Positions 1 through 10,033 of a stretch of DNA of 64,000 nt are shown piece by piece. Position 1 is the first letter of the stretch; each line of letters starts with the position of its first letter. The stretch is from Candidatus Hydrogenedentota bacterium (GTDB lineage Bacteria > Hydrogenedentota > Hydrogenedentia > Hydrogenedentales > SLHB01): NCBI GenBank assembly GCA_963745075.1, contig CAVUWV010000018.1, positions 160,001 through 224,000 on the forward strand, read 5' to 3'. The translations under genes were made by a program, and so were the position numbers. Below the pieces are notes generated by a model that did no database searches, was not told where the DNA came from, and worked only from the letters and a program-made list of their open reading frames with translations.

Positions 1-2253
1 GACCATCACGTCGTATTCCTCGTCGCCCTCGCGGTAGTCGCCGGCCTTCCGGCCTTCCACGGCCGTCTGCACGGTCATTCCGATAAACGATGTATTCAAC
101 CCGGTTTTCCACGCCTCTTGCCGATCGACAATGACGCGCACTTCCGGCTTGCCTTTGTTGTAGTCGTCGCGCAAATCGACCAGACCGGGGACGTCCCTAA
201 TATGTTCGCGAATGTCTTTCGCTAATTGCGAAAGGGTATCAAAGTCTTCTCCACTAATCTCGATGTTGATCGGCGGACCGGTGGGCGGGCCCATCTCCAT
301 CTTTTCGATGCGCACTTCGGCGCCGGTTGCATTGGCGAGATCGCGGCGGACGTCCTCGACGATCGTACTGGGCATGACGGTGCAGTCTTCCAACTTTGGG
401 AAGTCCAGTGTCACCCGGCTCAGGTGCGTCGTGTTCGCCCTCCGCTCTCCGTAGAGGCTCACCCCCTGCGACCCGACGTTGGCGATGATGTGTTCGATAT
501 TGTCGCGATAGGGCTCGAGCACCTCTTCCACCAAACGCACGTAGGAATCGGACGTGGCCAGGTTGGTGCCTTCGGGGCACTTGATGTCGATGTTGGCCTG
601 GGGCGGTTCGATGGTAGGGGTAAACTCGAATTCGGCGTGCGTGAGGAATTCAATGGTAATTACGACCAGAACCGTGACAGCCAGGGTAATTGTGATGGCA
701 CGCCACCGAATGGCCGAGCGGAGGAGCGCGCCGTAGGCATGGAGGATCGGATGGCGTTCCACGCGACCGTCTTCGACCGCCTTCACGCGGGCTCGCATGA
801 AGCGCCCGGCGAGCGCGGGGTTCACAATAAGACCTACAAACAAGGAGGACGACAAGGCCAAGGTGACGGTCAGGGGCAGGTATACCATGAACTTGCCCCA
901 GATACCGGGCCAGAAGAACATGGGCGCGAAGGCCGCGACGGTGGTCAAGGTCGAGCCGATGATCGGCCACGCGACCTCGTCGACGCCTTGCTTGGCTGCC
1001 GCAACGCGATCGAGCCCCATCTGCATGTGCCGGTAGATGTTCTCGACCACGACGATCCCGTTGTCGACGAGCATCCCCAAGGCGAGGGTCAAGCTGAACA
1101 GGACCACCATGTTCAGCGTGACGCCGAACATATACAACACGAAGAAGGTGATCAGCATAGACACGGGGATGGCCAGGGCAACAAACAAGGCGTTTGTGAA
1201 ACCCAGAAACACGAAGATGACCGCCAATACGAGGATCAAACCGCTAAGGATACTGTTTTCGAGCTCGGTCACCATGTCGCGCACGAACGTGGATTCGTCC
1301 CACGTCATGGCAATCGTCATGCCGCTGGGCAGATCTCGCTTGAGCTGGCCAAACAGGGTGTTCACTTGGTCGGCGATGCGAATGATGTTCTCGCCGGACC
1401 GCTTGGAGATCGCCAGGGTAATCGCAGGTTGACCGTCCACGCGCGACAAACTGTCCAAGTCTTTGAATCCGTCCTTTACGGTGGCGATGTCGCGCAGGTA
1501 GACGGTGCCTTCCGGTCCGGTTTTCACCACCAGACTTTTCAACTCGTCGGGCGTACGAATTTCCCCGGGTGTCCGCATCAGGAATTTTGCTTCACCGAGA
1601 TCCATGGATCCGCCGGGGGTGTTGACGTTTTCGAGCCGGGTGACTTCGACGAGTTCGGCGAGGGAAATGCCGTATTCAGCGACCCGCGCGGGGTCCACTT
1701 CGATCTGAATCTCGCGCTCGACACCGCCGATAATTTGCACATCGAGGACACCCGGAATGGCTTCGATGCGGTCCTCCAAGTCATCGGCAATCTCATTTAG
1801 CACGGGAAGCCCGGCGTTCCCCGTCAGAGACATGAGCATGATGGGAAGTTCGCCGAGATTAATTTCACTGATGATGGGATCGTCGGCATCCTCGGGTAGA
1901 TCCTGCTTCGCCAGATCGACTTTGTCACGAACCCGCTGCAGGGCGTCTTCAATGATCGTGTCGGGCTGGAACTCGATATTGATTGTGGAAACGCCTTCGA
2001 CGCTCGTGGAAGTGACCTCTTTAACGTCGGACAACCCGGTCAGCTTCCGTTCGATCGGGACCGTAACGAGGGATTCGATGTCCTCCGGCGTGACGCCTTC
2101 GTAGGTGACGGTGACGTTGACGAAGGGAACGACGACTTCGGGGTTCGATTCCCGGGGCAGGACCATATAGGCGTAAATGCCGGCAACAGAAATGATGAAG
2201 AGCAACACGATAACGGTGGTGCTTCGGTCTACGGCGAAGTTGGTGATCTTCAC
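1..2253 (-). CDS. RND efflux transporter permease (AcrB/AcrD/AcrF family), runs off the window start
   Basis: Not in the ORF track. GTG at 2253-2251 overlaps the MFP stop codon (GTGA). Reads MKITNFAVDRSTTVIVLLFIISVAGIYAYMVLPRESNPEVVVPFVNVTVTYEGVTPEDIESLVTVPIERKL and later GMLVDNGIVVVENI, the RND TM4 motif. Confidence 0.93.
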   Translation of the reverse strand, partial: MKITNFAVDRSTTVIVLLFIISVAGIYAYMVLPRESNPEVVVPFVNVTVTYEGVTPEDIESLVTVPIERKLTGLSDVKEVTSTSVEGVSTINIEFQPDTIIEDALQRVRDKVDLAKQDLPEDADDPIISEINLGELPIMLMSLTGNAGLPVLNEIADDLEDRIEAIPGVLDVQIIGGVEREIQIEVDPARVAEYGISLAELVEVTRLENVNTPGGSMDLGEAKFLMRTPGEIRTPDELKSLVVKTGPEGTVYLRDIATVKDGFKDLDSLSRVDGQPAITLAISKRSGENIIRIADQVNTLFGQLKRDLPSGMTIAMTWDESTFVRDMVTELENSILSGLILVLAVIFVFLGFTNALFVALAIPVSMLITFFVLYMFGVTLNMVVLFSLTLALGMLVDNGIVVVENIYRHMQMGLDRVAAAKQGVDEVAWPIIGSTLTTVAAFAPMFFWPGIWGKFMVYLPLTVTLALSSSLFVGLIVNPALAGRFMRARVKAVEDGRVERHPILHAYGALLRSAIRWRAITITLAVTVLVVITIEFLTHAEFEFTPTIEPPQANIDIKCPEGTNLATSDSYVRLVEEVLEPYRDNIEHIIANVGSQGVSLYGERRANTTHLSRVTLDFPKLEDCTVMPSTIVEDVRRDLANATGAEVRIEKMEMGPPTGPPINIEISGEDFDTLSQLAKDIREHIRDVPGLVDLRDDYNKGKPEVRVIVDRQEAWKTGLNTSFIGMTVQTAVEGRKAGDYREGDEEYDVMV

Positions 2254-3323
2254 TGGACGGTTTCTTGGACCTTGACCGGCTCGCCGGGCCGCACGTCACG
2301 CTGGCCCACGACGATGAGGCGGTCGCCGGGAGCGAGGCCCTCCGTAATCTGCACGGTGTCCCCCTGCACGACCCCGATCTCGATGGGACGCAGTTGGGCA
2401 ACGCCGTCTTCTTCCAAAAACACGTACCGCCGGTCGTCGAGCAACATGGCGGAAAAGATCGGGATGACAATCGCTTCCGGATACACCTTTCGCGTCAGTT
2501 CGGTGCGTGCGATCATGCCCGGTTTCAAACAGCCGTCGGGGTTGTCCAGCGCGATTTCGGTGGTGAAGGTGTGGGTCGTCAAATCGGCTGTGGGGGTAAT
2601 CGTCTCGATGGTTCCGTCGAAGGCACGGCCGGGGTACGCGTCGAGCTTCACCGGCACCTTGTCCCCCACCGTGAAATACGGAATGTCCCGCTCGGGGATA
2701 CCGACTTTGACCTTGACCTTCTGCAATTGCACCAGACGAACCAAGGGCTTCCCGGGATCCACGAACTCGTCCTTCTCCTGAAACACCCGGTCGACTACGC
2801 CGTCAAACGGAGAGGTGATGGTGCTCTTGTCGACCTGAATACGCGTGGCGCGCAAGCTGGCGGACGCAACGTCCCGGCTGGCGACGGCGTTGTCTTCATC
2901 CTGCTGCGTGGAGGCGCCGCGTTGGCGCAGCCGCTGGATGCGCTCGAATTCCTGCGTGGATAGGCGTGCCCGGGCCTCGGCTTCTTCCAGGGCGGCCTGA
3001 AGCGCTTCGCTGTCGATGCGGAACAACTCCTGGCCCTTGGTAACGGAGTCACCGCTATCGACCCCCTTCCAGTCGATGGGACCTGCGGTCTCGGCGGCGA
3101 TGGTCACGTCTTCCCACGGGTAGACGGTACCGGTCAACGTGAGGCGGTCCCGAAGCTCCTGGGCTTCCAACACCTTTACTTTGACGTTGGGAACACGCTC
3201 CGCCTGGTCTGTGGTGTCACTTGCGGAAGCTTCCTGGCGTCCCAAGCGTGGCATAAGAACGATGACCGTTCCGGCAGCCACAATGGCTACGCATACGCCT
3301 AAACTAATCAACGCCTTCTTCAT
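2250..3323 (-). CDS. RND efflux periplasmic adaptor (membrane fusion protein)
   Basis: N-terminal TM anchor, lipoyl-like ITSPFDGVV, LKPGM, and C-terminal GLAPGDRLIVVGQ. Adjacent to the RND permease. Confidence 0.93.
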   Translation of the reverse strand: MKKALISLGVCVAIVAAGTVIVLMPRLGRQEASASDTTDQAERVPNVKVKVLEAQELRDRLTLTGTVYPWEDVTIAAETAGPIDWKGVDSGDSVTKGQELFRIDSEALQAALEEAEARARLSTQEFERIQRLRQRGASTQQDEDNAVASRDVASASLRATRIQVDKSTITSPFDGVVDRVFQEKDEFVDPGKPLVRLVQLQKVKVKVGIPERDIPYFTVGDKVPVKLDAYPGRAFDGTIETITPTADLTTHTFTTEIALDNPDGCLKPGMIARTELTRKVYPEAIVIPIFSAMLLDDRRYVFLEEDGVAQLRPIEIGVVQGDTVQITEGLAPGDRLIVVGQRDVRPGEPVKVQETVQ

Positions 3324-3395
3324 AGTGTCACTCCGCTGCGCAGATAATCCGTGCGCCCGGCGCTATGCTGGGATTATCAACCCCACGCGAAAACG

Positions 3396-4037
3396 CTACT
3401 GCATTCCCCCATCGGCTGGAACGCGTACACGGGCCCCGTCCAAGAAGATATCGACCAGTTTTTCCCCTAACGCGGTCGACAATTCCATGTGCGGACGGTT
3501 GGTCTTCGTCATAATGTGCATATCCATCATGCCGCAAAATGCCATGGCAAGCGTGTCGGCCTCGTAGCCGGCGAAATCGCCGCTTTCGATCCCTTCCTGC
3601 ATAATGCTGCGAATCCGGGTGAATCGCGATTCCCACAGTTCGTCTTTGTCGAGCTTCGGGGCCTGATGCCGCGGGGCGAAGAACGTGTGAAAAATCAGGC
3701 GCACGACCGTGGGCGATCCTTCGGCATGTTCGAAGATGTTGCAGATCAGAACCTTGAGCCGTTGCCGATACCCGGCGACACCCGCCAACACCCGGTCCAT
3801 ATCCTCGACGAGTTCGGCGAACCAGGACTCGACCAATCGTCGGAAGAGGTGCTCTTTATTCTCGAAGTAGTAGTAGAGCACCGGGCGTGTAACTTCTGCC
3901 CGCTCAATGATTTCCCGAATACTGGTGCCCTCGTAGCCTTTCTCCGAAAAGAGGCCGAGTGCGCTTGCCAACAAGCGCTTTTCGGCCTCGTTGGCTGTAC
4001 TCACTTCGTCCGGAATTCTGTCGATTCGTGTGGACAT
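3396..4037 (-). CDS. TetR/AcrR family transcriptional regulator
   Basis: HTH LFSEKGYEGTSIREIIERAEVTRPVLYYYFENKEHL. Start placed at ATG 4037 (MSTRIDR). Confidence 0.92.
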   Translation of the reverse strand: MSTRIDRIPDEVSTANEAEKRLLASALGLFSEKGYEGTSIREIIERAEVTRPVLYYYFENKEHLFRRLVESWFAELVEDMDRVLAGVAGYRQRLKVLICNIFEHAEGSPTVVRLIFHTFFAPRHQAPKLDKDELWESRFTRIRSIMQEGIESGDFAGYEADTLAMAFCGMMDMHIMTKTNRPHMELSTALGEKLVDIFLDGARVRVPADGGMQ

Positions 4038-4258
4038 TGTAACTCCGTTCACCCCCAAACTCTCATCAGCACAATATCTTAGTGGTCCACCGGCTCTCCT
4101 GTCAACGGCGGCAGTTTTGGTATCCGCAAACGTTTTCGCCCCCCTTGATTCGGACCTACCAGGAAGTATACACGAATCTCGACGGCAAATGCTTTCCACG
4201 TGATTCGTGTTTTGGGAGTGATACGCGTTTCCCAAAACGATGGATGGCATCTGTTACG

Positions 4259-4287
4259 TTGACACGAGGAGAACTTCGGAATAAAGT
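4259..4287 (+). promoter_or_regulatory. Putative sigma70 promoter for the cytochrome c peroxidase
   Basis: TTGACA (4259-4264), 17 nt spacer, TAAAGT (4282-4287). Confidence 0.5.
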
Positions 4288-4440
4288 GTTGGGAGTAATA
4301 AGTGGGACCTGAGAACGGTTCCGGATACCTCGCGGTGTCGTTGCAGAACAACGATCCGGTTCTTCGGGGGAAGAGCGGATTGATTCTGGGACGGGGAGGA
4401 AATGGCCGGATACCGGACGAGCGTGGTTCCAAAGGGGGAT

Positions 4441-5832
4441 ATGACCATGTCGCGAACGAAGAAGCGCCTATTCATCGCCGTCGTTGTTGTGCTCTTACTG
4501 CTCCTAGCCATGCCGGTTTCGAACCTCATTGTGGGGCTTCCGCAGAACAATGCGATCGCGTCGATTGTCACCAACAACGACACGTTTGCGGAAGCGCGGG
4601 ATGTGATGGCCCAGAAGTGCGTCAATTGCCATGCGGAAGACTACGTGCTGCCCAAGTATGCGTTTCTGCCGATTGTCAAGGGGATCATCGAGCGCGATAT
4701 CCACGTTGGCACGGAGTACATGGATCTCGCCAAGTCGCTTCGGACCGAGCCGGGCACTCCGGTATCCGAGGTGGTCGTTGCGAAGATCGAGCAAACGCTG
4801 AATGACGGTTCGATGCCGCCCAAGCCGTACTTGGCGTTGCACTGGAACGGCGCGCTCACCGAGCCGGAGCGGGATGGCATCATGAATTGGATCCGTTCCG
4901 TGCGCACGGCCAATTACGCCACGGGCACGGCGGCGCCGGCATTCGCGAGCGACATGCTGCAACCGGTGCCCGATTCGGTCGACGAAGACCCGGCCAAAGT
5001 CGCCCTTGGCGACAAGCTGTTCCACGACACGCGCCTGTCCGGCGACAACTCCGTTTCGTGCGCAAGCTGTCACTCGCTGGACAAGGGGGGTACGGATCAA
5101 CGCCAATACGCGCTTGGCGTAGGCGACACCGAGGGCGGCATCAACTCGCCGACCGTGTACAATTCGGGACTGCATTTTGCCCAATTCTGGGACGGCCGCG
5201 CGGCGAATCTGGAAGAACAGGCGGATGGGCCCGTGAACAATCCCGCCGAGATGGCGAGCAACTGGCAGGAAGTTTGCACGAAGCTCAATCAGGACCCGGA
5301 GTTCATCGAGCAATTCAATGCGGTGTACCCGGAAGGCCCGTCGAAGGAGTCTATGATCGATGCGATTGCGACCTTCGAACGCACCTTGGTTACGCCGAAC
5401 AGCAAATTCGACCGGTACCTGAAAGGTGAAACGGATACCCTGAACGCGGAGGAGCTGAAGGGCCATCAGCTCTTCATGGAATTCGGCTGCGCGACCTGCC
5501 ATGTTGGCAAGGCGATGGGCGGCCAGTCCTATGAGAAAATGGGACGCACGAAGGATTTCTTTACGGGCCGCAAGCTCACCGATGCGGACAACGGCCGGTA
5601 CAACGTCACGAAGGACGAAGCCGACCGGCACAAGTTCAAGACGCCGACCTTGCGCAACATCGCGGTGACCGAGCCGTACTTCCACGACGGTTCGACGAGC
5701 GACCTCGAGGAGGTGGTTCGCGTCATGGCCGAATACCAGATCGGCAAAACGATGACAGACGACCAAGTGACCGCCGTGACGGCGTTCCTGAACACACTGA
5801 CCGGCGAGTATAAGGGGAAGATTCTCCAGTAA
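4441..5832 (+). CDS. Tri-heme cytochrome c peroxidase (YhjA/Ccp-like) with N-terminal heme-binding domain
   Basis: Three CxxCH motifs (CVNCH, CASCH, CATCH), QFWDGRA, FKTPTLRNIAVTEPYFHDGS, and an N-terminal TM helix. Confidence 0.93.
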   Translation: MTMSRTKKRLFIAVVVVLLLLLAMPVSNLIVGLPQNNAIASIVTNNDTFAEARDVMAQKCVNCHAEDYVLPKYAFLPIVKGIIERDIHVGTEYMDLAKSLRTEPGTPVSEVVVAKIEQTLNDGSMPPKPYLALHWNGALTEPERDGIMNWIRSVRTANYATGTAAPAFASDMLQPVPDSVDEDPAKVALGDKLFHDTRLSGDNSVSCASCHSLDKGGTDQRQYALGVGDTEGGINSPTVYNSGLHFAQFWDGRAANLEEQADGPVNNPAEMASNWQEVCTKLNQDPEFIEQFNAVYPEGPSKESMIDAIATFERTLVTPNSKFDRYLKGETDTLNAEELKGHQLFMEFGCATCHVGKAMGGQSYEKMGRTKDFFTGRKLTDADNGRYNVTKDEADRHKFKTPTLRNIAVTEPYFHDGSTSDLEEVVRVMAEYQIGKTMTDDQVTAVTAFLNTLTGEYKGKILQ

Positions 5833-5842
5833 GACGTTACCG

Positions 5843-5877
5843 GTAGGCGAGCTTTCCATCGCGGGGGGCTCGCCTAC
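5843..5877. terminator. Hairpin between convergent genes (terminator or GTAG-type REP)
   Basis: GTAGGCGAGC (5843-5852) / GCTCGCCTAC (5868-5877) inverted repeat, extendable by G:U pairs. Confidence 0.55.
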
Positions 5878-7811
5878 GTATTTTCCGCGAGCTGAAACTG
5901 CACATCGTACAATTTCTTGTAGAGCCCCCCTTGCGCGAGTAATTCGGCGTGCGTTCCCTGCTCGGCAATTCGCCCTTGGTCGAGGACGAGAATCCGGTCG
6001 GCCCGTTGCACCGTGGAGAGACGGTGCGCGATGACTAGGGTCGTGCGCCCGACGACGTTCTCTTCAATCGCCTGCTGGATCGCCCGCTCGCTTTCGGAAT
6101 CGAGGCTCGAGGTCGCCTCATCCAGGATCAGGATTGCGGGATCCTTAATTACGGCGCGCGCGATGGCAAGCCGTTGGCGTTGTCCGCCGGATAACGAACC
6201 GCCGGACTCGGCGAGCACGGTGTCGTACCCGTCCCGTAACTGCTCGATGAAGCCGCTGGCATGGGCCGCACGCGCGGCGGTGGCGATCTGTTGTTCGGTG
6301 AAGGACCTGGAACCAAACGCGATGTTTTGGGCAACTGATTCGTTAAATAGGATGGATTCCTGCGTGACGATTCCGATCTGCCTGCGAAGGCTCGCGAAGG
6401 TCGCCTCGCGGATGTCGGCGCCGTCGATCCGGATTACGCCGCCGGTGACGTCGTAGAAGCGCGGGATCAACTTGGCCACGGTAGTCTTTCCCGCGCCGCT
6501 GAATCCGACGAGAGCCACCATCTCCCCTTTCCGAATCTCGAAACTCACGCCGGCCAACACATCGCATTCTCCGTCGTAGGAAAAGCGGACGTTGTCGAAA
6601 CGGACAGATTCGCGCAAGCGCGGCAAGTCGGCCGCGGAGGGTTTCTCTTCGACGTCGGATTTCAAATCCACGAACTCGAGGACACGCTCGGCACTCGCGG
6701 CGCTGGCCTGGATCATGTTGTTGATCAGCGACAGCCGCATGATGGGGTCGAGCAGCGCAGCGAGGGCGCCCACCAGGATGACCAGTGCGCCACTGTCGAG
6801 TTGGCCGGACGCGACGGCGTTATTGCCCACGAACAGGAACACGACCAGCCCCAGTACAATCAAGAGCTGCGTGATCGGCGCAATACTGGCGTCCGCCCGG
6901 ACCATCTTCTTGAGTTGCAGACGGAGGTTTGCCAGATGCCCCTCCACACGATCGATCTGGTGCTCCTCCATGGAAAACCCTTTCACGACCGGCATGCCTC
7001 GGACCGCCTCGGTAACGGTGCCGGCCAAGCTCGCGACATTCTCCAGGGAACGGCGTGCGCGCTTTTTCACCTCGCGTCCGATTCGGAAGATGGCGTATAC
7101 GATCGGGGGTAACACGATCCCGGCGAGGAGCGTCATACGCCAATCCACGGCGAGCGCGATGATGACACATACCAGGGCTCGAATGGGCTCGCTGAACACG
7201 CGCACGAACACGTTGGTCAGGCCGCGGTTCACCATGAAGGCGTCGTTGGTGAAGCGCGATACCACCTCGCCGGTGGTGTGTTTTTCGAAAAACAGGAGCG
7301 ACAGGTTCATGACGTTGCGAAACATGTCGCGCACGAGCCGGATCGTAATTGAGACTCCCAGTAACCCGGCGGTATAGCCTTGAATGAACCGGGCTACGCC
7401 GCTCGCGGCAGCAAGCGAAACAAGGGCTGTGGCGAGTACCGCCAATGCAGTGGTTCGCTCCGCCCGCATCTGAGCGACGATTTTTCGGAGGGCGTCATCG
7501 ATGGCGTTCGGAGCCCATCCCAAATGGTTTTCCAGGGAGGTGCTCACGGTATGGATTTGCGCGATGGTGTGCGCGACTTGGTTGTCCACGGCCGCCTGTT
7601 CGCCGAAGACGATGCGCACGACAACGCCGATGGCCACGATCATGCCGCCGAAACACGCGCCCGCGATGATGGCGAAGAACAGCGAGGTAAACAGGAGTGT
7701 CCGGTGGTTCCACGCGTATGCGATCAGACGGGGATAGACCTTCCAGGCGTTGCGCCGTGGGCGGCGCTCACCATCTTTCTCGAAACTCGATACGGCGCGA
7801 ACGTTAAGCAT
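5874..7811 (-). CDS. ABC exporter, fused permease/ATPase (MsbA-like)
   Basis: ABC TM domain, Walker A GFSGAGKT, signature LSGGQRQR, DEATSSLD, IAHRLST. Confidence 0.93.
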   Translation of the reverse strand: MLNVRAVSSFEKDGERRPRRNAWKVYPRLIAYAWNHRTLLFTSLFFAIIAGACFGGMIVAIGVVVRIVFGEQAAVDNQVAHTIAQIHTVSTSLENHLGWAPNAIDDALRKIVAQMRAERTTALAVLATALVSLAAASGVARFIQGYTAGLLGVSITIRLVRDMFRNVMNLSLLFFEKHTTGEVVSRFTNDAFMVNRGLTNVFVRVFSEPIRALVCVIIALAVDWRMTLLAGIVLPPIVYAIFRIGREVKKRARRSLENVASLAGTVTEAVRGMPVVKGFSMEEHQIDRVEGHLANLRLQLKKMVRADASIAPITQLLIVLGLVVFLFVGNNAVASGQLDSGALVILVGALAALLDPIMRLSLINNMIQASAASAERVLEFVDLKSDVEEKPSAADLPRLRESVRFDNVRFSYDGECDVLAGVSFEIRKGEMVALVGFSGAGKTTVAKLIPRFYDVTGGVIRIDGADIREATFASLRRQIGIVTQESILFNESVAQNIAFGSRSFTEQQIATAARAAHASGFIEQLRDGYDTVLAESGGSLSGGQRQRLAIARAVIKDPAILILDEATSSLDSESERAIQQAIEENVVGRTTLVIAHRLSTVQRADRILVLDQGRIAEQGTHAELLAQGGLYKKLYDVQFQLAENT

Positions 7812-7882
7812 AATTATCCTGCGCTACGGTTCCGCGCCCGACCGCCGGTCCCGTAGCGCGAATCGTAATCGCGTTCATGGTT

Positions 7883-8671
7883 TTATTCCGCATCCGGTTC
7901 GCGGGAGAAATCGCGGCGAAGGGCTTCCAATCCGCCGATGAATTCCTCAGTCATGGGAAAGGGCCCCGGATACGGAAGATACTTTACGCTCTTACGGTTC
8001 AATGAAATCACCCATCCCCCCGGAACATCGTGTTGTCCCGGGAATTCAATGAACAATGGCACGCCCGCGTCAAACGTCTCGTCGGTCTTGATGCCGCGAT
8101 CGGCCAAGTCATCCGACAGGTCCGTTCTCAGTTGATATAGCGTATCGGACCCGGCCGTACCGGTTCCGTCTGCCACGGTGATATCTCCATCGAGCGATTC
8201 GCCGCGTGCCAGGCGTTCGCGGTATGCGGCAAGCAGGGCCCGACCTTCTTCGTCATTGGATACGGCGTGGCCCAAGTAGACGAATCCGGGCGTGTCGTAG
8301 ACATCATGCATCGTGAACGCGCGATAGCCGTCGAGATAGCTGAGCAAAAGCGCCGCATCCTCGTCGACAGTCAGACCGGTCACGCGTCCGTCTACGAGAT
8401 ATCCGCGATGGCCCACGCCCGGTTCGGGCATCAGCACCGCACCTTCCGAGCTGACCGGGGGCAGTACACCTTCCCGGTGTTGCGCGCTCATGGTGACGGC
8501 CAGCCCGAGACTCGACGTGGAATACGCCCCGTCGATCCGGTCGTCCACACCCGCGCGCGCATTCTTCCCCACACCGAGCAGGATAAGGGTCGGTACGATA
8601 AGTCCCAGCAACAGGACCGATTGACGTGTTGTCCATGGGTGATAGGAGAATTCTCTATTCGTTCGCTGCAT
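7883..8671 (-). CDS. Hypothetical exported protein, possibly a degenerate DUF1559/H-X9-DG-type protein
   Basis: N-terminal hydrophobic segment. LGLAVTMSAQHREGVLPPVS and C-terminal VPLFIEFPGQHDVPGGWVISL...YPGPFPMT resemble recalled DUF1559-family motifs. Confidence 0.55.
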   Translation of the reverse strand: MQRTNREFSYHPWTTRQSVLLLGLIVPTLILLGVGKNARAGVDDRIDGAYSTSSLGLAVTMSAQHREGVLPPVSSEGAVLMPEPGVGHRGYLVDGRVTGLTVDEDAALLLSYLDGYRAFTMHDVYDTPGFVYLGHAVSNDEEGRALLAAYRERLARGESLDGDITVADGTGTAGSDTLYQLRTDLSDDLADRGIKTDETFDAGVPLFIEFPGQHDVPGGWVISLNRKSVKYLPYPGPFPMTEEFIGGLEALRRDFSREPDAE

Positions 8672-8673
8672 CT

Positions 8674-9747
8674 TTACACCTTAAGAAGGATCTGTTTGCG
8701 ATCCAGGAAGATAGCGATGCTGCCCAGAAACACGATGGGCAAGACTCCGACGAGCAAAAGGGTCCAATACGGCGACGCGTTCAAGAAATCGCGGTCCAGC
8801 GCGTTCAGGTACTGGTCGACGACAACGAACGCCAGGACGTAGACCAACAACAGGTTTTTCCCCAGCGAACTCAACAGGGGAAACCGGATACCGACTTGCT
8901 CGAAACCAAAGCACATAGTCAGCATCAATCCGGAGATACCGATGGCAAACAGGGCCAGCGACGCGGTTACGTCATGGTGTTCGGCGGGCTGGAGCCAATC
9001 GATGCAGTAACAGGCCACCAAAGAGTAAAAGGAAATGGGCGCCACACGAGAGCGAAAGGCGGTTGCGAAACCGTCGGGATGAGTCCACACCCATTGAGCA
9101 AAGCAGGTTGAAACGATGGCGACTCCAGCCAACCCTACTGCGCCGAAGGGGAACCGAAAGAGGTCGAGGGGTCCGTCAATAAATCCGTAATGGTGAAAGA
9201 ACGGCGAGGCGTACAACACGGCGTGGACCGCGAGCACGGCAAGTCCGAGCAGGAAGCGGTAGTTGGCATTGCGCACCAGCCAGATCGTGAGATAGGCCGC
9301 GAAGGCGCCAATCGCAAGTTTCGCGAGCGTGCTTCCGTAAAGCACCTCGTCCCAACGGATCTCATGGCGGTTGGGATATGCCACGATCGCCTCGATAACC
9401 GAAAGCATGAACAAGAGCAGCACCCGGCGAGCGCCGTACAAGGCGGCGGCGAGCCCCCCCTTCTTCTGGATGCGGCTCGTAAACGCGAGGTAGGCCACAA
9501 ACCCCATAACGAACATAAAGATTTGCTGCCCGATGTCGATGATAGTGATCAAGGGAACGGGGCCGCTGTAGTACTTGTAACCGTGGTTCAAAAAGGTCGG
9601 GCCCAACTGGGGTATGCCAAGAATCGGGTCGCCCGAAACTCCGTAGGTGATCATGGAAAAAATGTACACGATCGACACGAGACCGCGACTTTGATCGAGC
9701 CAGTCGTATCGTTGATGCAACGCACCGCCAGTCCTGGATTCTGACAT
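8674..9747 (-). CDS. Polytopic membrane protein, heparan-alpha-glucosaminide N-acetyltransferase-like
   Basis: RYDWLDQSRG N-terminal motif, FMFVMG, LGKNLLLVY, and many TM helices. Confidence 0.65.
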   Translation of the reverse strand: MSESRTGGALHQRYDWLDQSRGLVSIVYIFSMITYGVSGDPILGIPQLGPTFLNHGYKYYSGPVPLITIIDIGQQIFMFVMGFVAYLAFTSRIQKKGGLAAALYGARRVLLLFMLSVIEAIVAYPNRHEIRWDEVLYGSTLAKLAIGAFAAYLTIWLVRNANYRFLLGLAVLAVHAVLYASPFFHHYGFIDGPLDLFRFPFGAVGLAGVAIVSTCFAQWVWTHPDGFATAFRSRVAPISFYSLVACYCIDWLQPAEHHDVTASLALFAIGISGLMLTMCFGFEQVGIRFPLLSSLGKNLLLVYVLAFVVVDQYLNALDRDFLNASPYWTLLLVGVLPIVFLGSIAIFLDRKQILLKV

Positions 9748-10033
9748 GATTGTAATGCTGATACCCCGAAGATTCTTCCGGCCCGTCCCGCCCTGGAACT
9801 TTCGGACGAGTATAGTCGGCGAATAACCTGTGGCGCAAAAGCACGCGACGGTCGAGCCTCGCGATAAATCCCCTGCAGCGTCACGGCGCTCCGGAATGGC
9901 ATACTTTTTGAAAAAATCGGCGGCTTCTGCGACAATTAGCCTTCAATTCCCAGGGGTTGCTTCGCCGGCATCTGCGGTGTGCATCGAACCCTTATTTCCT
10001 GAGATACTGCATAAACACACATGGAGAAGTTCC

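Noticed and set aside
226..1800. 524-aa + strand ORF, and similar long ORFs at 4504-5859, 44589-46124, 46526-47863, 50688-52199 and 56588-58180
   Set aside because: Antisense shadows of clearly recognisable genes, which are common in GC-rich DNA. No motifs of their own.
9830..10033. 68-aa N-terminal extension of AlaS in the ORF track
   Set aside because: Homology starts at VRSDDIR, with a GGAG RBS before GTG 10034. The extension is an upstream-start artefact.
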